A DNA stretch of 64,000 bases from a bacterium (GTDB lineage Bacteria > Patescibacteriota > Dojkabacteria > B142 > OLB20): NCBI GenBank assembly GCA_021463645.1, contig JAJTYI010000009.1, positions 29,343-93,342 of the forward strand, given 5' to 3'. Position numbers and translations under genes: made by a program. The notes beneath the pieces are model-generated. The model was given only the letters and a program-made list of their open reading frames with translations, searched no databases and had not been told where the DNA came from. Position 1 is the first letter of the stretch, and every line of letters begins with the position of its first letter. Shown here in pieces: positions 1 to 7,784 of this stretch.

Positions 1-68
1 TGCTCATATTACTTGTGTTAAAGATATAAAATAGTGAATACTATATGTAGTTATAATTAAATCCTATT

Positions 69-698
69 ATGGACGATTTTCAAAACGCTGACAATACTTT
101 GGTTTCAAATACCACTGAAACTCTACAGACACCAGTACCAACTACACCAAATCCAAATGATAAAACACCAACTAAGAAACCCCCAGCAGTTTCCAAACCT
201 GTATTAATTTTGGCTGTCATTGTAGTGATTGCCATAATAGGGCTATTAGGTTACAAATTTCTCTTTTCTGATTCAACCGATACTTTAGATGAAGAACTTG
301 AAGTTATACCAACAGAGACGGTGGTAAGTGACCAATCAGGAATGCCAATAGACCCAACAGAAGGTTCTGATCTGAACTCAGATGAGGCTCTTGGAAATTA
401 CACTAATTATTCATTGGAGAAATTACAATCAACCACAGGTAACAAAGCTGTGTTATTTTTTGCTGCTAGTTGGTGCCCGACTTGTAAAGCGCTGGAACTC
501 GATATTCGTAACAATATATCAAGTATTCCCTCAAATTTAGCAATTCTTAGAGTAGATTATGATACTTCTACTACATTGAAAACAAAATATGGGGTTACTT
601 ATCAACACACGCTCATCCAAGTTGATAGTAATGGCAATGAAATCAGACGATGGTTTGGGAGTCCTACACTTGCCGAATTACAGACACAAGTTAATTAA
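69..698 (+). CDS. Membrane-anchored thioredoxin-like protein (TlpA/ResA-type thiol:disulfide oxidoreductase)
   Basis: 209-aa ORF. One N-terminal hydrophobic helix (PVLILAVIVVIAIIGLLGY), then a thioredoxin-like C-terminus with a CxxC site in 'VLFFAASWCPTCKAL'. Confidence 0.7.
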   Translation: MDDFQNADNTLVSNTTETLQTPVPTTPNPNDKTPTKKPPAVSKPVLILAVIVVIAIIGLLGYKFLFSDSTDTLDEELEVIPTETVVSDQSGMPIDPTEGSDLNSDEALGNYTNYSLEKLQSTTGNKAVLFFAASWCPTCKALELDIRNNISSIPSNLAILRVDYDTSTTLKTKYGVTYQHTLIQVDSNGNEIRRWFGSPTLAELQTQVN

Positions 699-776
699 TA
701 CTCCAACATGTATTCCAACTTTACATAGATTAGTGTTGTAACTATACTATTAATTAATCACTGCCATATTGTAGAG

Positions 777-2750
777 ATGAAATTAGCAAGAGTATTAACT
801 TTCATAATCATGATATTTTTTGGTGTCTCCTCACTTCAAATACGAGTTAACTCCTTGTCAATAACAGAATTTGAAGGGAATAATTACTTACCACTTTTAA
901 GTGAGCTTAAAATCCAATACAACAATATTGAAACTTCTAAGATATCTACTCTCGACGAAAAAGATCAGGTAAATAAGGATGAATTTACGACCTTTGTAAC
1001 ATTAGTAGAATCAGCTAATTTAGCTTGTCAATCATTTAGTAATTCCAAGGATGGACAGAGATTCCTAGATGATACAACAGAGATAACATCTAAATTGAAA
1101 AAACTTGAAGATTTAGCAGAAATAACAGAGGACTTTGAAACAGAATTGAATAGATACATTAATAACTGTGCCAAAGAAAGAGAATATTACATGAATATTG
1201 ATGCAATTAATAATATCTTGGATGATAAGATTAATTTGAATATAATCGATGGAGTTCTGAATGGATCTATCCAATGTGAATCTCCTTCCTTACAAACCAT
1301 TACTTCCTCAACTAAATACATAAACGAAAGTTATGACAAAGTAAGAACATATACGGATAGTCTTACCTCTATTTATAATACCTCCTCCTTAAAACTTACA
1401 GAATCTGATGAGATTATAACTAAACTAAGCAAAGAGAATATTGACCTAGGGGAAGAAACGAAAAAAATTATGCAAGATTTACAATTTTTAAAATCTAAAA
1501 AAACTACTGAGCAACAAGAAATTGCGATACTACAAAGAGATTTAAACGAAGATTACCAAGCATTAACAACTTTAGATACTTATAATTACTACGGAGCTCA
1601 GACGGAAACATTTCAAAATAATAAAATGATATCTTTAAGTTTGGACGACAAGAATACTTGGTATGCTTTCGAAGACCAAGACGACTTTTTTCAATTCCTA
1701 AAATTACTTAATAATAGTAATGCGGAAGTGAGACTCATACAAGAAAAATCACTTGATATTATCGAAAAAAGAAACTCAATTGTGAAGATAAATGCTTCAG
1801 AAATCTCTAAAGCTGTTATGATTGACTTAACAACCGAGAACATTCGTAACAACAATAGTCAAATATCTGCTTTAAATGAAGAACAAAATGAAATTAAACC
1901 CAAAATTAATCAATACAATGAATATGTAAAGCAACTAAAAGTAACAGACACGCAACTTAGAAAGAATATCGCAAGTATGACTTCTGCCTTAGATCAGTGT
2001 AAAGATTACGCTATTGATAAGATAACATCATTAAAATCAAATTCAGATAATCTTAATGAAGAAATAAAATCAGAAATGAAGAAAATATATACAGAGGAAA
2101 TTTCTGATAAAGACTATTTTGTAATAGAAAACCCAACATCTGCAATAAATTTAGATGTTGCAGAATTATTAAGAATTATTGACGACTACTCAAAATTTGA
2201 ATCAAGATTCACAAATTGTAGACAATCTGATCGTATTGATATAGTGACCAATTCGAAGTTATTAGAGAGCAATGTATCTACTGGACTCAGTAATTTTACA
2301 GTTATAACCAATCCCATTAAACCTTTAGATAAGTTTCTAGATAATTCGAATACAAGATATTTAACACTTCAACCAATGACTCAAATTGATGTTAATCATT
2401 ATTCTAGTTTTTTAAATAAAAGTTTTATTGAAGATAAAAATCAATATATATCAGTTGAAGAAAATAACTTTACAATTACTTTATACCCAAATAATTACTG
2501 GTCGCAAGAAATTAAAAGTATGGAAGAAACGCACAAGATTTTTGAATGCAACAATTCGAGTTGGGAGGAACTTGAGGGGAAAAAAGAATTAGTCCTAGAG
2601 TATGGTGATTGTAAAAGCATGACAGTAGAACCGATTGTCATGGAATATACTCCTGACAAAGGAGAAGTAAATCAACTAATCATGAATGAAATTAATAGAT
2701 TTATCCAAACAAAACAAATTAAGGTTAAGGGCGAATGCAAAAATTCATAA
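777..2750 (+). CDS. Secreted or surface coiled-coil-like protein, unknown family
   Basis: 657-aa ORF with a signal-like N-terminus (MKLARVLTFIIMIFFGVSSLQ). Long N/K/E/I/L-rich heptad-like stretches and eight Cys. No family motif recognised. Confidence 0.6.
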   Translation: MKLARVLTFIIMIFFGVSSLQIRVNSLSITEFEGNNYLPLLSELKIQYNNIETSKISTLDEKDQVNKDEFTTFVTLVESANLACQSFSNSKDGQRFLDDTTEITSKLKKLEDLAEITEDFETELNRYINNCAKEREYYMNIDAINNILDDKINLNIIDGVLNGSIQCESPSLQTITSSTKYINESYDKVRTYTDSLTSIYNTSSLKLTESDEIITKLSKENIDLGEETKKIMQDLQFLKSKKTTEQQEIAILQRDLNEDYQALTTLDTYNYYGAQTETFQNNKMISLSLDDKNTWYAFEDQDDFFQFLKLLNNSNAEVRLIQEKSLDIIEKRNSIVKINASEISKAVMIDLTTENIRNNNSQISALNEEQNEIKPKINQYNEYVKQLKVTDTQLRKNIASMTSALDQCKDYAIDKITSLKSNSDNLNEEIKSEMKKIYTEEISDKDYFVIENPTSAINLDVAELLRIIDDYSKFESRFTNCRQSDRIDIVTNSKLLESNVSTGLSNFTVITNPIKPLDKFLDNSNTRYLTLQPMTQIDVNHYSSFLNKSFIEDKNQYISVEENNFTITLYPNNYWSQEIKSMEETHKIFECNNSSWEELEGKKELVLEYGDCKSMTVEPIVMEYTPDKGEVNQLIMNEINRFIQTKQIKVKGECKNS

Positions 2751-3310
2751 AACCATTATTAAATATTATCAAAGTCTTCCTACCAGCAGTAGTTTTATCC
2801 GTTTTAGTGATGGCTTATAATCTCTTGGGTGTATTTATTGAAGAAGAACCACTTTTGATGATAAGAGGTGGTTTCGATAATTCTTATGTTTCAATCTCTT
2901 TTTTTGTAATTTCAAATTTATTAACATGGTTTATAGTTGCGTATATATTCAAATATTCCAAATTATTTAATAGAAGATTTAATTATATTCTAGTTCCAAT
3001 AATTTCAACTGCATCGATTATTTTCTTTTTAGTAACATACTATGTAATTGCATTTTACTATTTAACCGGATTATTTATTTTTGAGGTAGATTTTCTATTC
3101 TCAAAAGAACTTGAAAAATCATTAGCAACATCAATATTAATTCTCCTTAATTCTGCAATCTTCATATCTTTATTCGCCAATTTGATATTAATTTTGATTG
3201 AAAGAAAAAAACCAGCACTCAAAAATGATCCGGGAACTAAGAAGGAAGAAAAAAACAATAATGAATCAGAGTCTTCAGGAGGAACGTTTGAAGACTCAAT
3301 TAGTATCTAA
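2735..3310 (+). CDS. Multi-pass membrane protein, unknown function
   Basis: 191-aa ORF overlapping the upstream gene by 16 nt. Several hydrophobic helices and a charged C-terminal tail. Confidence 0.6.
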   Translation: MQKFIKPLLNIIKVFLPAVVLSVLVMAYNLLGVFIEEEPLLMIRGGFDNSYVSISFFVISNLLTWFIVAYIFKYSKLFNRRFNYILVPIISTASIIFFLVTYYVIAFYYLTGLFIFEVDFLFSKELEKSLATSILILLNSAIFISLFANLILILIERKKPALKNDPGTKKEEKNNNESESSGGTFEDSISI

Positions 3311-3312
3311 CT

Positions 3313-5070
3313 ATGAAAATCTTAAGAAAATTTTACAGTTACGTTTGGAAATTTAAGTATTATTTTGTCACAGCGACAGTTTTGAATATTTTCATGGCAA
3401 TTTTAAGTAATATATTGCCTCTCTTATTCCGTGATGTAGTTAATTTTGCCCTTGAAGGAGAAACAGAATTCTTATTCAGATCCATACTACTGATATCTTC
3501 AATCGTTTTGGTCACATATTTGGGTGACACATTTACGATGTACATCTCCGACTTTGCTTTATTTGGAGCAGCAGCGAAATTAAAGAAAGACGTACTCAGA
3601 CACTTGCATGATTTAGATTTTAGCTATCATGCAAATAAATCTTCAGGCAAATTAATTAGCATTTTCAAAAGGGGTGAGGGTGCATTTTTTTCTTTTTATG
3701 ATGAACTGAATATTTGGATGTCTCGTGTAGTTTTCGACTTCGTCATTATAGTAGCTATCTACTCTACAATCTATCCTAAATTAATAATCATCACTGTAAT
3801 TGCATTCTTTGTAAATGCAACAGTCATGTATTTCACAGTAAAGAACAATGTAAACAAAAGAAAGGTTTTAAATAAGACTGAGGATGATGTTAATTCTCAG
3901 ATTGTTGACAATATGATTGCATTTGACTCTGTGAAATATTTCGCAAATGAGAAATACGAGCAAAAACGATTTTCTAAAGTTGTTGATAAGTGGTATCAAG
4001 ACTGTATCAACTACGCAAAGACTTTCAGAGTGATTGATTTGAGTAATGGTGGAATCAGTAACTTTGCATTTTTAGTGACTATAATTGTAGCAATAGTTGA
4101 TTTAGTAAATGGTGTTATAAACGCAGGAGACTTTATACTTGCAATATCCTTTGCTAATACGTTCTATCCCAAAATCAAATACCTAGTATTTCAATTCCGT
4201 GAACTCGCAAAAAATTATGAGGATTTAAAATCATATATGAGCATATTGGACGAAGAGGTTACTGTGGTTGATAAAGTTAAGCGAATATCATCAGAAAACC
4301 AAAAATTACTCGATGATAAAGATGGCAAGTTGGAAATCGAATTTAGAAATCTTACTTTCGGATATGATATACAAAGACCAATTTTTAATAATTTAAACCT
4401 CACAATCCGTGAAGGAGAATCTGTCGCACTTGTAGGACATTCTGGTGTCGGGAAGACTACTATTGTGAAATTATTAATGCGCTTTTTCGACCCAACTTCT
4501 GGAGATATTTTCATTAATGGAGTAAACATCAGGGAAATCCCTAAACAATCACTTCGTAAATTAATTGCTATGGTTCCACAGGAAGCTTCCTTATTTAATA
4601 ACACTATTGGTTATAACATTGGTTATGGGAATGCTGGGAAATATTCGGCAGACCAGTTAGATCAAGCTTCCCGAAAAGCTTATCTAACGAGTTTCATTAC
4701 GCAGCTTCCACGCAAATACGAAACTGAAATTGGAGAAAGAGGAGTCAAACTCTCAGGTGGTCAAAAACAGAGATTAGCTATTGCTCGGGCTTTCATAAAA
4801 GAAGCTCCAATAATCATCCTCGATGAAGCAACGAGTAACTTGGATTCAATTTCTGAACGTGAAATCCAGCAAGCATTCTGGGAACTTTCGGCAGATAAAA
4901 CCACAATAGTCATCGCACACAGACTCTCGACAATTGAGAAAGTTGATAGAATCCTCGTTTTCGATAAAGGCCAAATCGTTGAAGAAGGGAATCACAGAGA
5001 TCTAATACATCGCGAAAATGGCATCTACAAATACCTCTGGGAACTTCAATCCAGTGGGGCGATTAGTTAA
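3313..5070 (+). CDS. ABC exporter, fused permease and ATPase (MsbA/MdlB-like type I exporter)
   Basis: 585 aa. N-terminal 6-TM-like region, Walker A 'GHSGVGKTT', signature 'LSGGQKQRLAIARA', Walker B 'IIILDEATSNLD'. Starts 2 nt after the previous gene. Confidence 0.9.
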   Translation: MKILRKFYSYVWKFKYYFVTATVLNIFMAILSNILPLLFRDVVNFALEGETEFLFRSILLISSIVLVTYLGDTFTMYISDFALFGAAAKLKKDVLRHLHDLDFSYHANKSSGKLISIFKRGEGAFFSFYDELNIWMSRVVFDFVIIVAIYSTIYPKLIIITVIAFFVNATVMYFTVKNNVNKRKVLNKTEDDVNSQIVDNMIAFDSVKYFANEKYEQKRFSKVVDKWYQDCINYAKTFRVIDLSNGGISNFAFLVTIIVAIVDLVNGVINAGDFILAISFANTFYPKIKYLVFQFRELAKNYEDLKSYMSILDEEVTVVDKVKRISSENQKLLDDKDGKLEIEFRNLTFGYDIQRPIFNNLNLTIREGESVALVGHSGVGKTTIVKLLMRFFDPTSGDIFINGVNIREIPKQSLRKLIAMVPQEASLFNNTIGYNIGYGNAGKYSADQLDQASRKAYLTSFITQLPRKYETEIGERGVKLSGGQKQRLAIARAFIKEAPIIILDEATSNLDSISEREIQQAFWELSADKTTIVIAHRLSTIEKVDRILVFDKGQIVEEGNHRDLIHRENGIYKYLWELQSSGAIS

Positions 5071-5100
5071 GTACCCCTCATCGCTGTCTCTCCGCGGCTT

Positions 5101-5152
5101 GACCGCGGAGTCTCGTATATCCTCTCAAACGTACTAATCAGGAAAGCTCAGG
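5101..5152 (+). repeat. 52-nt perfect direct repeat, copy 1
   Basis: 'gaccgcggagtctcgtatatcctctcaaacgtactaatcaggaaagctcagg' is identical to 5237-5288. Confidence 0.95.
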
Positions 5153-5236
5153 TTCCCGTGGTCAAGCCACGGGAAGACTAAGAAGAACGAACCTCGCGCT
5201 GTTTCTCCGTGCTTGCCTGCCCTGCCGAAAGGGAGG

Positions 5237-5288
5237 GACCGCGGAGTCTCGTATATCCTCTCAAACGTACTAATCAGGAAAGCTCAGG
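5237..5288 (+). repeat. 52-nt perfect direct repeat, copy 2
   Basis: Identical to 5101-5152. Confidence 0.95.
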
Positions 5289-5315
5289 ATTCCGTGCTTA
5301 AAGCACGGAATGACT

Positions 5316-6254
5316 TCAGAAATCAAAATCAATCCACTTCTGAATCGCCTTCACCATCTCAACATCAGTACTCCCATGGTGACCTGCTAGATGAACTATG
5401 TCTAAAATGGAATGGGGAAGTGCCTTATGCAATTTCCAGGCAGAAATCATCGGTGTGACAATGTCGTACCGACCATTTACAATAACCATTGGAATATCTT
5501 TTAATTTCTGAATATTTTCATCCTTTAATATTTCTTCATCTTCTAGGAAATAATTGTTAACTGAATAATGAAGCATTATTGATGATGAAACAATTTCTTT
5601 CTCGATATCAATTTCATTCTCTTCATCTTCTTCGGGGAACAAACTAAGAATTGAACCCTCCCACTTCCCAAAGTTTGTAAATAACTTTTCTTTTAGTTCT
5701 TTATTATTACCTTTTGCGATTTCATATAAATATTCTAAATAATCTTCTCTTTTATCACTTGGGATAATATTCATCAAATCTTCAAATTTATCAGGAAATA
5801 GTTGATTAGCACCGTACTTAAAGAGCCAATCATTTTCTGTTTCTGATGCGAAGAAAACTCCTCTTAATAATAATTTCTTTACAGTTTCAGGATGTTTCTG
5901 AGCATACAGCAAAGCTAAGGTTGACCCCCAACTCGGTCCGTGAATGTACCATTTTTCGATATTTAAGTGTCTTCTGAGTTTCTCAATATCCTCAACTGTA
6001 TCTGACGTGGTATTTTCATCAAGTAAACCGGCAGGCTGTGACTTACCACAACCTCTTTGATCGAATAAAACTACTCTGAATCGTTTCAAATCATACGGAT
6101 TGACATGTTTAGGTTTTGAGTTTGACCCTGGTCCACCATGGATTTGAAGTACAACCTCACCCTCTGGATTGCCGTATTGGTGGTAATAAAGTTTGTGTTT
6201 TTCGCTTACTTGGAGGTAGCCGTCGTTATAGGGAGTTGGTTCTTCCTCTTTCAT
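5316..6254 (-). CDS. pip: Proline iminopeptidase (alpha/beta hydrolase, S33 family)
   Basis: 312 aa. 'HGGPGS' oxyanion motif, nucleophile elbow 'GPSWGSTLAL', and C-terminal 'AGH' typical of prolyl aminopeptidases. Confidence 0.85.
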   Translation of the reverse strand: MKEEEPTPYNDGYLQVSEKHKLYYHQYGNPEGEVVLQIHGGPGSNSKPKHVNPYDLKRFRVVLFDQRGCGKSQPAGLLDENTTSDTVEDIEKLRRHLNIEKWYIHGPSWGSTLALLYAQKHPETVKKLLLRGVFFASETENDWLFKYGANQLFPDKFEDLMNIIPSDKREDYLEYLYEIAKGNNKELKEKLFTNFGKWEGSILSLFPEEDEENEIDIEKEIVSSSIMLHYSVNNYFLEDEEILKDENIQKLKDIPMVIVNGRYDIVTPMISAWKLHKALPHSILDIVHLAGHHGSTDVEMVKAIQKWIDFDF

Positions 6255-6273
6255 TTTTAATTTTGTAGTTAAA

Positions 6274-6474
6274 TTATTCGTCTAAATCGCCTACAACTGC
6301 ATCATTATAGGCTTCCTGAGGATTCTTATTCCACTTTTCCTCAGGTATATCATTTATTCTATTTTCGAATCTCCATTGATCGGGGGAAATTTCTATTGGT
6401 TGGTCCTCTCCAGATATAATATTCTTTTCTTCCCATTCTTTATTTGGGTTTACATCCCCTTCTTTGCCTGCCAT
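6274..6474 (-). CDS. Small acidic hypothetical protein
   Basis: 66-aa ORF, 19 nt upstream of pip on the same strand. No motif recognised, so it may not be coding. Confidence 0.4.
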   Translation of the reverse strand: MAGKEGDVNPNKEWEEKNIISGEDQPIEISPDQWRFENRINDIPEEKWNKNPQEAYNDAVVGDLDE

Positions 6475-6608
6475 ATTTTGAAATAATAATAAATAAACTT
6501 AAGAAAATTTTAGCAATAAATTATTAATTTATACAGTTTTCTGAATACTTTAGCTTTATTCCGTATTTCAAGTTCATCTGAAAAATGAGACTTACTTATA
6601 AATTTCTC

Positions 6609-6658
6609 TTGACATTTTTGTATACCCTGTATACCATATTAAATATATTAAGTATACC
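6609..6658 (+). promoter_or_regulatory. Putative lexA promoter with three GTATACC repeats (candidate operator)
   Basis: TTGACA at 6609-6614. Possible -10 at 6632-6637 (TACCAT, 17-nt spacer). GTATACC at 6620-6626, 6629-6635 and 6652-6658. The ATG is at 6662, so the leader is very short. Confidence 0.35.
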
Positions 6659-6661
6659 AAT

Positions 6662-7324
6662 ATGACACATACTATAACCACAAGACAAAACGAAATATTA
6701 TCCCTTATCAAGTCCTTCATTATCGAAACTGGCCAAGCACCCACGCTTACAGAGATGGAGCGAGCACTTGGTATCACTCGTCGAGCAGTTGTTAAGCACC
6801 TACAAGCACTCGAGAAGAAGGGATTAATAAATCGATCTTCATCATCTCGAGGCATCGCTCTCCGAGAGACACAGTCAGGACAGATGTTTATAGATGTAAA
6901 TATCCTCGGTTATGCAAATGCTGGAGCACCTATGGTGATAGCCCAGGAACAACAACTCGGATATCTACGAATAAACCGCAGTCTACTTCCAGTTACAAAA
7001 GACGTCTTCGCCCTTATGATAAAAGGAGACTCCATGAATATGCGCGAAGTCGATGGAGGCACACTCGAGGATGGTAAGTATGCAGTCATTGCCAAGAATG
7101 TCGATATAAAAAACGGAGATGTTGTACTAGCCATTATTGATAACTGCGCAACTATCAAAACCATAAAAAAAGACCGAAACATTGTGGTTCTTTACCCAGA
7201 GTCTACCAACACACGACACAAACCATTCTACCTAGATGCATCTTCTCTAGGAGATACAGATATCTACGGCAAAGTCGTAGCAGTTTTAGATAACCCTAAC
7301 TTCTCAACGAAACATGCAGAATAA
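6662..7324 (+). CDS. lexA: LexA repressor (S24 peptidase)
   Basis: 220 aa. N-terminal winged-HTH ('LTEMERALGITRRAVVKHLQALEKKGLI'), Ala-Gly cleavage site in 'NAGAPM', catalytic Ser in 'KGDSMN', Lys in 'TIKTIKK'. Confidence 0.9.
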   Translation: MTHTITTRQNEILSLIKSFIIETGQAPTLTEMERALGITRRAVVKHLQALEKKGLINRSSSSRGIALRETQSGQMFIDVNILGYANAGAPMVIAQEQQLGYLRINRSLLPVTKDVFALMIKGDSMNMREVDGGTLEDGKYAVIAKNVDIKNGDVVLAIIDNCATIKTIKKDRNIVVLYPESTNTRHKPFYLDASSLGDTDIYGKVVAVLDNPNFSTKHAE

Positions 7325-7784
7325 TATCTACGCACCCGAAACAACATTTTTAGACTATCAGGAGGACTTTCGTTCGACTAGATTGTACGAAGAACAGAAA
7401 AACGAATCTCGAAAGGATCTTGAACTTTCTACAGTAGCTTTTTCGACTCCTATTCGAAACGAATCTGACCTGAAACTCGACATTCAGTCATACCTTATAA
7501 AAAAGCCTTCTAGCACATTTTTTATGAAAGCAGGGGATAATGACCTTCGAAAATGGGGAATTCACAAGGGAGATTTACTTGTGGTGGATCGTTCGTTACC
7601 CATTACAGATAAATCAATAGTTGTCGTGAGCCTAGATGGTGAGTTATTAATCAAAAAGATATTAATATCGAAACACATCACCTACCTAACACCTTGGAAC
7701 ACAAGATCCACACTTTATCGTATCACTCCGGAGAATGACTTCGAGATATGGGGAGTAGTTGCCTACAATATTCATGAACTCTGA
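7314..7784 (+). CDS. umuD: UmuD-like S24-fold protein with the catalytic Ser replaced by Asn
   Basis: 156 aa. Aligns by eye to E. coli UmuD: 'FMKAGDNDLRKWGIHKGDLLVVD' against '[23 protein letters not shown]'. The Lys in 'LLIKKI' is retained. Overlaps lexA by 11 nt. Confidence 0.75.
   Translation: MQNNIYAPETTFLDYQEDFRSTRLYEEQKNESRKDLELSTVAFSTPIRNESDLKLDIQSYLIKKPSSTFFMKAGDNDLRKWGIHKGDLLVVDRSLPITDKSIVVVSLDGELLIKKILISKHITYLTPWNTRSTLYRITPENDFEIWGVVAYNIHEL

Larger units (their letters stand above)
5078..5315 (+). repeat. Tandem GC-rich structured element (two units of about 115 and 137 nt); REP/BIME-like element or structured RNA
   Basis: Each unit is hairpin A, a 52-nt conserved core, then hairpin B. 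A1 is 5090-5110 and B1 is 5153-5175. A2 is 5205-5246 and carries an inserted GAAA-capped stem at 5220-5237. B2 is 5289-5311. Strand is assigned from the GNRA loop and a G.U pair that exist only on the + strand. Confidence 0.7.

Noticed and set aside
5078-5315. CRISPR array, tRNA or SRP RNA as an explanation for the repeat region
   Set aside because: There are only two repeat units, with non-CRISPR geometry (a 52-nt core plus variable hairpins) and no cas genes. There is no tRNA cloverleaf or GTTCRANYC T-loop, and no SRP domain-IV consensus that I can recognise.
5213-5458. 81-aa + strand ORF spanning the GC-rich repeat and running antisense into pip
   Set aside because: It starts inside the repeat and hairpin element and overlaps the well-supported pip gene on the opposite strand. 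No motif is present, so it is most likely a by-product of the local GC-rich sequence.
6475-6661. Canonical SOS boxes upstream of lexA (CTGT-N8-ACAG or GAAC-N4-GTTC)
   Set aside because: CTGT at 6627-6630 is not followed by ACAG at the right spacing. No GAAC-N4-GTTC is present. Only the GTATACC repeats remain as a candidate.
6592-7182. Minus-strand ORFs of 87 aa and 90 aa overlapping lexA
   Set aside because: They are antisense shadows of a strongly supported gene, with no motifs.
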